A stretch of 64,000 nucleotides of DNA from Flavobacteriales bacterium (lineage in GTDB: Bacteria > Bacteroidota > Bacteroidia > Palsa-965), in assembly GCA_040377305.1 (NCBI GenBank), contig JBEIPA010000013.1, positions 87,093-151,092 on the forward strand. Direction: 5' to 3'. Of the stretch, positions 1 to 8,602 are shown piece after piece; within the stretch, counting starts at the first letter, position 1, and each line of letters starts with the position of its first letter. The notes beneath the pieces were generated by a model, which was given only the letters and a program-made list of their open reading frames with translations, was not told the DNA's origin and made no database searches. Position numbers and translations under genes: made by a program.

Positions 1-14
1 TGAATGCAACACTG

Positions 15-632
15 CTAAGGACTGACGCTGTCAGCAACATTAACACAGTTTTCGGTGCCAAAAAGTCCATAACGTTTATTGTTTTTAATGACGTAGTTCG
101 ATTTGATTTGTCCGCCCGGAAACCAGATTTGTTGTTTGCCATTTTCATGTCCTGCAACGAAATGCTGTGAGCGAAATAGTTGTCCGTTTGAGTACCACTC
201 GATGTATTCACCTTCGTAAATATCTTTTCCGTAGTGATAAATGAATCGCGGGGTTCCGTTGCTGTACCATCCGAAATGCGTTCCTTCTTTTCTCCCATCA
301 ATATACTTTCTCACTTCACAAAGCATTCCGTTGTCGTACCAGCTTCTCGATTCACCATGCTCTTTTCCGTTGCGGTATTGAGTGGTCTTGATCGTATCAC
401 CACCCGCATTCAGAAAGAAGAGGACTCCGTGTGCAACTTCACCATTTACACTGGTGATCCCGCGGCGGGAAGAGATCTGTACACTGTCACCGTTTCTCCA
501 TCGGTAAACGGGTACAGATCCTTCCGTGCGACAGGAGGCAATGATACTGATTGCCGCCACGAGAGCAACCGTCGCGTAAGTTGCTGCTTTAATGTGACCA
601 CGTTCCCTGAACTCCATAATATCCGTTGCCAT
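15..632 (-). CDS. MORN-variant repeat (YwqK-like) putative lipoprotein
   Basis: Repeated G..HG....WY.NG motifs; hydrophobic segment ending IASC; overlaps the upstream YHYH gene, so the start is uncertain. Confidence 0.7.
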   Translation of the reverse strand: MATDIMEFRERGHIKAATYATVALVAAISIIASCRTEGSVPVYRWRNGDSVQISSRRGITSVNGEVAHGVLFFLNAGGDTIKTTQYRNGKEHGESRSWYDNGMLCEVRKYIDGRKEGTHFGWYSNGTPRFIYHYGKDIYEGEYIEWYSNGQLFRSQHFVAGHENGKQQIWFPGGQIKSNYVIKNNKRYGLFGTENCVNVADSVSP

Positions 633-1359
633 TGATGTAAGGGATGTCTGCTGTAATGTGGTAATGGTAAGTTCCGTTCGGATAATCTTCCGTTACTCCG
701 TAATGGCCGTGGTACACATCAAGATCTGCACTCGTCAGCACCACATTATTTTCCATGGGGCCATAGATCGGAAATCCATCGAGCATGAATCCCATCAATG
801 CATCTGCACCTTGATTGGTGGTGAGGAAATTCGGTTCTATGTGATAGTGATACTCATTCATCGGTGTGGGATGTCCACCGTATAAATCGAACGAAACATA
901 TTCGCCGCTCGTAGTTGTGATGAGTTGGTTCTGCGCCTGGTATTGATTGAAGAATGCAATACCATTCAGCGCAACTCCGATTGTTGCCGCAGTCAATGCG
1001 GTGTGTGTACTTGCTTCTGTCGGATTAAGCGGCAGGCGGAAGGTGGTGTTTGTAGTTGCAACTAGATTTCCCGGTGCCTGATTAAAACCAACACGTGTAT
1101 CGTCGATCCACATGGTGCTTTCCCATTGTGTATTGAGGAAGTACGGACTCTGGTGATCAGGAACTCCGTTCGTCTTGATCACAATGTAATCACCATCGAT
1201 GTACATGTCGGTTGCGCCATAGATTTTCTCATATACTGCGGGCACATCTTCATCGGAAGTAGCAGAAAGATCAACATCATCTTTTTTACATGCTGTGAAT
1301 GCTGTAGCGGCGAGGAGAAAAATAAAAACGTTTTGGGTGAAGTGGGCTGGGCGATGCAT
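589..1359 (-). CDS. YHYH domain lipoprotein
   Basis: Lipobox FTAC; IGVALNG, GGH, YHYH twice, GFMLDGFPIYGP. Confidence 0.9.
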   Translation of the reverse strand: MHRPAHFTQNVFIFLLAATAFTACKKDDVDLSATSDEDVPAVYEKIYGATDMYIDGDYIVIKTNGVPDHQSPYFLNTQWESTMWIDDTRVGFNQAPGNLVATTNTTFRLPLNPTEASTHTALTAATIGVALNGIAFFNQYQAQNQLITTTSGEYVSFDLYGGHPTPMNEYHYHIEPNFLTTNQGADALMGFMLDGFPIYGPMENNVVLTSADLDVYHGHYGVTEDYPNGTYHYHITADIPYINGNGYYGVQGTWSH

Positions 1360-1466
1360 AGTTGTACGATTTAAATTATACTTCCTTAACGCATCGACGT
1401 TTCAGAATGTTTTAATAAAACACAGGTTGGCGGAGAATGAAAGTTTTTGTGCGGTGAATCAAACGT

Positions 1467-1501
1467 AAAAGTCCCGACTCACTTTCGTGGTCGGGACTTT
1501 T
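1467..1501 (-). terminator. Intrinsic terminator
   Basis: aaaagtcccgac...gtcgggactttt downstream of the 1523..3250 gene. Confidence 0.75.
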
Positions 1502-1522
1502 CGTCTCAAGGTTATGCCACTA

Positions 1523-3250
1523 TTATTCTACGATGAGCTGCTCCGTTACTTTAGCAGTACCCGTGTAAACATTAACAAAGTAAACGCCTGAAGTGAAGTT
1601 CTTCAGATCAACGTAAGTTGCTGTTGATGTTGCAGTCGTTGTGTAAACAACTTGTCCAAGTGTGTTTGTGATTTCAACGACCTGATCTACGGCTGTAGAT
1701 ATTACTACTGACTCGTTTGCCGGATTCGGGAACAAGGAAACATGAGGAGGTCCGGGAATAGAAGGAACACTTGCAGCCGGATCAATGACAACGGGAGTTC
1801 CCATTGTAGCCAGAGGAATGTTTACCATCTGACCATCGATTGCTCTCACGTTCGACAGTGTCAGATTCATTGTACTCATCGTACTCACGTTTGCAGCAGT
1901 GAATGTCACTGTTCCAATGTAACCGTATCCATTCACTTCAGTGTGTGTGGTGCGACACATTGCAATGTCGTTAGTTCCCGTTGCAGAATTGTCGTGTGCG
2001 AAACCTAACATGCTGGTGTTTTTGATTCCCACCATTGATCCTGCGAAAGATGTGCTGGTGGATCCGGTCTGCACGAGCATGTTGTCGTAGACCAGTGTGA
2101 AAGAAATACCATATAAATTATTCACTGGCATTGCTTGCGATCCCATATAAACATCAGCGGTAATTACACCTCCCGGAGCAACGGTGTCGGTGATTACGTC
2201 GAGGTAAAGCGTAGGCGCCGTAAGCGGATCAACTTGAGGTAATTCTAAACGGAACGTGTGGGTTTGCAAATAGTTCTGTGAAATTGCAAGCGTGTCGTTT
2301 ATGTCGACAATTCCGTCACCATTTGTATCCGCGTGTTTGTAGTTCGCACCGAGTGGTACAGACTGCGACCAGTCTGCAGATGCTTCTGCTTGCCACGAAG
2401 TAGTTGCACCTACGCGTGGAGTTCCCGTTGCGCCGTATGCTACACCAAGTGTGAGAACATCCATGTTGTTCGCTTGCAAATCGTAGTCAGCGTCGCCGGG
2501 CCAAACGTTTGGAGTTGGCGCACCGAAACACGATACATCGATGTACGTGTAACCAAAGTGTCCGCTGAATGCGCAATCGGAATTGACAAATTCAATGGTG
2601 ACAGTCTGGCCAACAAGCGAAGAAAGATCAATGCTCAATGGAGTCCAGCGACGATACAGGTGTGAAAAGTTTGCACCAGAAATGATATAAGGAACACTTG
2701 GGTCGCCTGCCCAGATGGTGTCACACAATGCTACAACAGGTGTTCCTGTCTGGTCAAGTACATTGACCATGAAGTACGGTTGCATATCCCACACGTGCGA
2801 AGGATCTTCCATCACAGAAGCGAATTGAAACTGAAACCAGTTGTTGTTCGCAGTTACAGTATACGGAAGCATGAGTTTCTCACATTCAGCTCCGGGCAAT
2901 GCATTACCTAAACGCACAGAGGCGATTCCACCCCCGGGCGCAAGTGTTGTCATTTGCGTATCGGGCAGCATCGTTATAGGATCAGTCACAACTGAATCGA
3001 TCTGATTCACTGTAATGATTGTATGACGAGCTGTTGCGTTGTATACCGAGGCATTGTTGCCGTTGGAAATCAAACCTGCAGACCACGGAACACTTGTAAG
3101 AACACCCGAGTTTGTTCCGGTTGCACCTGTCCAGCCTACAAATGTGCTGTCGTCGAAATCCTGGTTGTTGCAATTGGATTGTGCATGCACACCTACGGAA
3201 GAGGCGATAAGTGTACACGCAAGAATAGTTTTGAGTAGAGGTTGTTTCAT
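1523..3250 (-). CDS. T9SS type A cargo with dockerin-like and cohesin-like modules
   Basis: Signal peptide; WPGDADYDLQANNMD and ADTNGDGIVDIND Ca-binding loops; beta-rich LYGISFTLVYD domain; C-terminal FPNPAN...SGVYFV CTD. Confidence 0.8.
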   Translation of the reverse strand: MKQPLLKTILACTLIASSVGVHAQSNCNNQDFDDSTFVGWTGATGTNSGVLTSVPWSAGLISNGNNASVYNATARHTIITVNQIDSVVTDPITMLPDTQMTTLAPGGGIASVRLGNALPGAECEKLMLPYTVTANNNWFQFQFASVMEDPSHVWDMQPYFMVNVLDQTGTPVVALCDTIWAGDPSVPYIISGANFSHLYRRWTPLSIDLSSLVGQTVTIEFVNSDCAFSGHFGYTYIDVSCFGAPTPNVWPGDADYDLQANNMDVLTLGVAYGATGTPRVGATTSWQAEASADWSQSVPLGANYKHADTNGDGIVDINDTLAISQNYLQTHTFRLELPQVDPLTAPTLYLDVITDTVAPGGVITADVYMGSQAMPVNNLYGISFTLVYDNMLVQTGSTSTSFAGSMVGIKNTSMLGFAHDNSATGTNDIAMCRTTHTEVNGYGYIGTVTFTAANVSTMSTMNLTLSNVRAIDGQMVNIPLATMGTPVVIDPAASVPSIPGPPHVSLFPNPANESVVISTAVDQVVEITNTLGQVVYTTTATSTATYVDLKNFTSGVYFVNVYTGTAKVTEQLIVE

Positions 3251-3315
3251 CTAAGATGTATTTCGTTTGCTAATGCAAAATACAGAAAGGAAAGCAGCCA
3301 TCCAACGCGGTTTTA

Positions 3316-3609
3316 ACGCGGATTTTGATGTCCGAGGATTGCTAGGCGTATTTATGGATGATTCTGCTGATTAGGAAGGGTGGGTTTTGGATTTTATGAG
3401 ATAAGCTCAAGAAGGTGGTCATTGGGTGTTCAAACAACGTTAACCAGCTTTTCTGTCGTTAGAAAGAACCTTGCGCTTGAATTGCGGTTCGGTTCCAAAA
3501 TTCAACAGCTGATTAAGCTTATCTCATAAAATCCAATTCCGCGCTTGTAGTATATACAACACTCATCCCTTCAAGGAAATTAACACGCAACGGACATCAA
3601 AATCCGCGT
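3316..3609. repeat. Nested inverted-repeat element, family A copy 1
   Basis: Perfect 19-bp outer IR (3316-3334/3591-3609) and perfect 21-bp inner IR (3387-3407/3516-3536). Confidence 0.9.
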
Positions 3610-3620
3610 CCAATTTCCCG

Positions 3621-4718
3621 TTAGTTCAACCGAAACATCTTCCCCGGCAAAGACTTCACCGCTCCTGCAAACTCCAACTGCAAAAGCATCGCAGAAACTT
3701 TTCCCATAGGCAATTCCGACATCAAACGAATTTCATCGATGTGTACGTTGCCCATTCCGCGCATACACGCAACGACTTTTTCTTCATCGCCTGAAAAAGT
3801 TTGTAAGGTGGTTTGAACAACTTTGGATGCATCCGGTTTTTCCCAGCCCATGGCATAAGCTACATCATCTGCAGAATCAATCAATGCAGCTTTGTTGCGC
3901 TTGATCATGGCATGACAGCCTGCTGATGCGGCTTCACCAACTCTTCCGGGAAATGCAAACACATCGCGGTTGTAGTTCATTGCGAATTCTGCGGTGATCA
4001 TTGAACCTCCGCGTTCACCCGATTCAACCACAATCACGGCATCGGAAAGTCCGGCAACAATTCGGTTACGCTGCGGAAAATTTTCACGATCCGGGTTTGT
4101 TTCACAGGGAAAATCGGTGAGTAAACCACCTTGCGAAATCATTTTCTTCGCAGTGCCGGCATGAACACGTGGATAAACTTCATCGAGTCCGTGCGCGAGT
4201 ACTCCAACCGTATCGAGCCCTTGGTCCAATGAAGCACGGTGAGCACAAATGTCGACTCCATACGCCAGTCCGGACACGACCAGCACATTGTATTTCACTA
4301 AATCGGCAACGAGCTTTTCGCAAAGTTGTGTTCCGTAATCTGTAATTTGACGGGTACCGATGATGGAAACAATTCTCTTCGCATTCAGGTCAGCAGATCC
4401 TTTGTAGTAGAGCAGAGGAGGAGAGTCGTAGCAATGCTTCAAACGCGACGGATAGTTCGGTTCCGTGAAATACAACATTTGAATTCCGGTTTTCTCAATG
4501 CGCTGCAATTCCTTTTCCGCTTTCGCGCGATAGTCACGATCGGTTACCAGCTTGGCCGTAATTGTTCCGATACCGGGAATAGTTTCCAGGAGCTTTTTCT
4601 TCTCACGAAAAACAGCTTCGGCACTGCCACAATGCAATACCAATTTTTTAGCAATCACGGGTCCAATGCCCGGAATCATCGTCAGAGCGATACGCCCTGC
4701 ATATTCGTCGAAACACAT
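3621..4718 (-). CDS. dprA: DNA-processing protein DprA
   Basis: IIGTR, VVSGLAYGVD, FPQRNRIVAGL, ESGERGGSMITA; C-terminal winged helix. Confidence 0.97.
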   Translation of the reverse strand: MCFDEYAGRIALTMIPGIGPVIAKKLVLHCGSAEAVFREKKKLLETIPGIGTITAKLVTDRDYRAKAEKELQRIEKTGIQMLYFTEPNYPSRLKHCYDSPPLLYYKGSADLNAKRIVSIIGTRQITDYGTQLCEKLVADLVKYNVLVVSGLAYGVDICAHRASLDQGLDTVGVLAHGLDEVYPRVHAGTAKKMISQGGLLTDFPCETNPDRENFPQRNRIVAGLSDAVIVVESGERGGSMITAEFAMNYNRDVFAFPGRVGEAASAGCHAMIKRNKAALIDSADDVAYAMGWEKPDASKVVQTTLQTFSGDEEKVVACMRGMGNVHIDEIRLMSELPMGKVSAMLLQLEFAGAVKSLPGKMFRLN

Positions 4719-4770
4719 AGTACTTAACAAACTTTTATTTTACATTGCAATAACATTCCGCTCCATTGTG

Positions 4771-7113
4771 ATGAAGTCAATATTGTACCTAACGGGCTTT
4801 CTTCTTGCAAATTTCCTCTTTCTTTCTGAGATAAGTGCGCAACAAACGTTTGTAAACGGCTCTGTGACCGATAGTGCCTCAGGAGAGGCTTTAATCGGCG
4901 TTATTGTGACCACTTCTCAAGGCAAGGGCGGGGTTACGGACATTAATGGAAACTTTCACGTCGAAGCGACCTCCGGGGAAATTGAGTTCACATTAAACTA
5001 CACGGGTTACCGCACACTCATTCAATCGCGTAATGTTATTGTGGAACAGGACGTGATGCTGGAATTCAAAATGGTGCGCACGAGCAAGGAACTGAATGTG
5101 GTCGTGGTTTCGTCCGGGCGTTACGAACAGAAAATTGGTGAGGTGCCGATTTCAATGGAAGTCATAAAGCCCGCACTTATCCAGAACAAGAATACGACGA
5201 ACATCAACCAGGTAATTGATCAGACTCCGGGCGTGAATGTTACCGATGACCAGGCAAATATTCGCGGAGGAAGCGGATTCAGTTATGGAAGTGGTTCGCG
5301 TGTACTGCTTGTTGTTGATGACATGCCTATGCTTTCCGGTGATGCGCAGGATGTAAAATGGAATTATCTCCCGATTGAAAACGTTTCTCAGATTGAAGTA
5401 ATGAAAGGAGCATCGTCTGCACTCTTCGGTTCATCTGCTTTGAATGGAGTAATTCATTTCCGTACTGCTTACCCAACGAGTAAACCGGCTACAAACATTA
5501 CCATGTTCTCCGGTTTCTATGATGAGCCTCAGCGTGCGTCGTTGAAGTGGTGGCCGAACGCAAATCCAATGTTCAGCGGAATCAACTTCGGACATTCCCG
5601 TCAGGTGAAGCAATGGGATTTGGTTTTCGGTGGACACATTTTCAACGATGATGGTTACCGCTATCTCGAAACAGAACAGCGTATGCGATTCAATATCAAT
5701 ACGCGGTATCGTTTCAAAAAAGTTGACGGACTCACAGCGGGCATCAACGCAAACCTGATGCGCACACAAGGCGGTCTATTCATACTCTGGGAAAACGATT
5801 CACTCGCGTACACACCACTCGATTCAGGAATTCAGAATTACAAGAACTTCCGTTATAACGTTGATCCGTTTATTATTTATCGCGGACCGAAAGGACATAA
5901 TCACGCATTACGCACCCGTTTGTTTGTGACCGATAACAACAACGATACGGAACAAGGCTCTCTCGCCCAATTCTATTACGGAGAGTACCAGTATCAGTTT
6001 CGCTTCAAAAATGAAGTGGCGTTCACTGCAGGACTTGTCGGTTCATACACGCACGTTGTGTCTGATTTGTACGACGATGCCGCAGACGGAGTAGGAATTG
6101 ATTCAGCTGCGCCGCGCATTGGCAGAAACATGTCAGCGTATTTTCAGTTCGACAAAAAATTCTTCGACAAACTTTTTGTTACTGTGGGCGGTCGCTTCGA
6201 ATATTATCGTCTCGATACTGCGGTTACGGAATATTCCATGGTGGTGAGGAATGATACGTTGCTTACAGTTCCTTTCCGTCCTGTTGTTCGAATTGGAGTG
6301 AACTATCAGATTGCAGAAGCGACATACATCCGCACTTCATACGGACAAGGTTATCGTTTCCCCTGCATTGCCGAGAAGTACGTGCGTACGAGTGCCGGTG
6401 GATTGGAAATTTATCCGAATGAAAAACTTCAGCCGGAGTACGGTCATTCAGCTGAAATCGGAATCAAACAAGGAGTCGTAATAGGAAACTGGAAAGGTTA
6501 TGCCGATGCTGCAATATTCTGGATGCAGTATTCGAACATGATGGAATTCAAATTCGGTGCGTACGGAAATCCGTTGACAGATCCGTTGTTCGGTTTCGGA
6601 TTTCAAAGTGTAAACATTGGGCCAACGCGCGTGCGGGGAGTTGATTTCTCCATCATGGGCGAAGGAAAAATTGGCATGCTGGATGTTACCTTGCTTGCAG
6701 GATACACCTATATGGATCCGCGATCACTCGCTTACAACGCCGCAGTCGATACGCTAAGCTCTACAGCAAACTATAACGTACTGAAGTATCGCTACCGTCA
6801 CCTCGCGAAGTTTGATTGCGAAGTGAGCTACAAGAAATTCTCTGTCGGATTAAGTGCGCGTTACAACAGCTACATGGAAGCTATCGACAAAATATTCGTG
6901 CAGGTAGACAACATTATTCCGGGAATCAAAGACTATCGTGAGATTCACAACAAGGGCGATATTCAGTTTGACTCGCGTATGATGTATCGCATCAATGAAA
7001 CATTGCGGGTGTCGCTAATTACAAACAACATCTTCAACCGCGAGTGTACATCACGTCCTTCGGATGTACTGGCGCCACGCAATTTTGCTTTCCAGGTGCA
7101 GCTGAAATTCTAG
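4771..7113 (+). CDS. TonB-dependent receptor with N-terminal CarboxypepD_reg-like domain
   Basis: Signal peptide from 4771; plug motifs ANIRGG and IEVMKGASSALFGSSALNGVI; C-terminal Phe. Confidence 0.92.
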   Translation: MKSILYLTGFLLANFLFLSEISAQQTFVNGSVTDSASGEALIGVIVTTSQGKGGVTDINGNFHVEATSGEIEFTLNYTGYRTLIQSRNVIVEQDVMLEFKMVRTSKELNVVVVSSGRYEQKIGEVPISMEVIKPALIQNKNTTNINQVIDQTPGVNVTDDQANIRGGSGFSYGSGSRVLLVVDDMPMLSGDAQDVKWNYLPIENVSQIEVMKGASSALFGSSALNGVIHFRTAYPTSKPATNITMFSGFYDEPQRASLKWWPNANPMFSGINFGHSRQVKQWDLVFGGHIFNDDGYRYLETEQRMRFNINTRYRFKKVDGLTAGINANLMRTQGGLFILWENDSLAYTPLDSGIQNYKNFRYNVDPFIIYRGPKGHNHALRTRLFVTDNNNDTEQGSLAQFYYGEYQYQFRFKNEVAFTAGLVGSYTHVVSDLYDDAADGVGIDSAAPRIGRNMSAYFQFDKKFFDKLFVTVGGRFEYYRLDTAVTEYSMVVRNDTLLTVPFRPVVRIGVNYQIAEATYIRTSYGQGYRFPCIAEKYVRTSAGGLEIYPNEKLQPEYGHSAEIGIKQGVVIGNWKGYADAAIFWMQYSNMMEFKFGAYGNPLTDPLFGFGFQSVNIGPTRVRGVDFSIMGEGKIGMLDVTLLAGYTYMDPRSLAYNAAVDTLSSTANYNVLKYRYRHLAKFDCEVSYKKFSVGLSARYNSYMEAIDKIFVQVDNIIPGIKDYREIHNKGDIQFDSRMMYRINETLRVSLITNNIFNRECTSRPSDVLAPRNFAFQVQLKF

Positions 7114-7118
7114 GCTGT

Positions 7119-7269
7119 TTTACCTCATAGGATCATAGCCCTTTGTTTTCTTGTTGGGCGAAAGAACTACATAGTTCACAAGAGAATATCGCTGCGCGAT
7201 ATTTCTCGTGTGTTCTATGATCGCGTAGCGCCTTAGCACCTAACGAAAACTATGTTCCTATGTGGTAAA
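7119..7269. repeat. Nested inverted-repeat element, family B copy 1 (reverse orientation)
   Basis: Arms tttacctcataggatcatag / ctatgttcctatgtggtaaa; inner hairpin catagttcacaagag; related copies at 50171, 50356 and 63846. Confidence 0.85.
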
Positions 7270-7414
7270 TTTCACACCTCTTAACAGGCGGACCGAAAAC
7301 ACTTATCCGTCCAAACTGCTACACTGTTAATTCTATTGCTCCATTTGCGGATTTGGCCCGTAAGTCACATGTCATTTGGCGCAAATTGGTGTTATAATAG
7401 AAAGTAACACCAGC

Positions 7415-8089
7415 ATGAACGCCGTCCAAAGCCCGCTGAAATTAACATTGAGTACCACCCTGAAGATTATTTTCTGGGTGCCGACCATTTTCCTGAGTCT
7501 GCTGCTGGTGTGGAATACCATTCCGTATTTCACGTTCAACGAAAATCTTCCTTTTCTGAAAGAGCGGGCAGTGCTGCTTGAGAAATCAGTTTGGAAGATT
7601 TGTTTCTACACGCACATTTCCGCAGGCGCGTTCTGCATCACAACAGCGCTTATTCAGTTTTCTTCTTTTATTCTGAAGAAGCGCAAGAAGATTCACATCA
7701 TCTCCGGAAAAATATATGTGTTCGTGGTTTTGCTCATCGGGGCACCGAGCGGATTGTACATGACCTACTTTGCAAAAGGCGGATACGCAGAACGAGGAGC
7801 ATTCCTGGCAATGGCCGTGTTCTGGTTCTTCACCACCTACAAAGGATTTGTAACAGCTGCACGCGATAGAAATTTCGTTGCACACAAACACTGGATGATC
7901 CGCTCGTATGCAATGGCATTAACCGCAGTTACATTCCGCATTTATCACATTTTGTTCGCTGACTTAGGAATGAACTCTTTCAACAACTATTCTCTTTCAC
8001 TTTGGATAAGCATCATCGGCAATTGGCTGGTGGCGGAATTCGTAATCTACTTACAGTCTAAAAACTATCTAAAAACTTATTTATCATGA
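7415..8089 (+). CDS. DUF2306 family membrane protein
   Basis: Multi-TM; FYTHI, HIISGKIYV, HKHWMIRSYA. Confidence 0.85.
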   Translation: MNAVQSPLKLTLSTTLKIIFWVPTIFLSLLLVWNTIPYFTFNENLPFLKERAVLLEKSVWKICFYTHISAGAFCITTALIQFSSFILKKRKKIHIISGKIYVFVVLLIGAPSGLYMTYFAKGGYAERGAFLAMAVFWFFTTYKGFVTAARDRNFVAHKHWMIRSYAMALTAVTFRIYHILFADLGMNSFNNYSLSLWISIIGNWLVAEFVIYLQSKNYLKTYLS

Positions 8090-8394
8090 AGTACTTCCTC
8101 TCCACCTGCATTGCACTGATGTTTGTTGCTGGCATTTACGGCGCAACTGATATGACACGTGACATCAAAAACGACGAACTCATCGACTACGAACACGTGC
8201 GCGATCGTCACGCGAAGAATTTATTGTTCATCATCAAGACAACCGGACTCGGCACATACAAATTCCGTTCGTATGCGAAAGAGTCGAAGGAGAATGAAGT
8301 GAAAGAAACAAAAGTAGAAGAACAGGTAGAAGGAAAAGAGAAATCTGCGATGGAGTATTTTGAAGAATTCAGCCGCGGATGTGAAGATTGTTAA
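8086..8394 (+). CDS. Hypothetical exported protein
   Basis: ATGA overlap with the upstream gene; N-terminal hydrophobic segment; ends FSRGCEDC. Confidence 0.65.
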   Translation: MKYFLSTCIALMFVAGIYGATDMTRDIKNDELIDYEHVRDRHAKNLLFIIKTTGLGTYKFRSYAKESKENEVKETKVEEQVEGKEKSAMEYFEEFSRGCEDC

Positions 8395-8508
8395 AAGTGT
8401 ACCCGGCTTTGTAACTTTTCAAACATGCCACTGTTATACTATCGGCGACCACGGAACTGCTATCGGTCGCCGGTGGACCTGGCCTGGACCGCAGCCTTGC
8501 TCCACGAC

Positions 8509-8548
8509 AAAAAAACCTACCGGGATGTCCTCCTTGGTGGGTTTTTTT
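8509..8548. terminator. Bidirectional intrinsic terminator
   Basis: aaaaaacctacc...ggtgggttttttt between convergent genes. Confidence 0.6.
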
Positions 8549-8567
8549 ATGTGGCGTCAGGTCCCGT

Positions 8568-8602
8568 TAAACCTTAAAGGTTTTTAAAACCTTTAAGGTT
8601 TA
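8568..8602. repeat. REP-like palindrome, family C copy 1
   Basis: taaaccttaaaggtttttaaaacctttaaggttta; includes the gpmI stop; near-identical copy at 23289. Confidence 0.85.

Noticed and set aside
15-632. Toxin-antitoxin system
   Set aside because: YwqK-like similarity reflects generic MORN-variant repeats; no toxin gene is visible.
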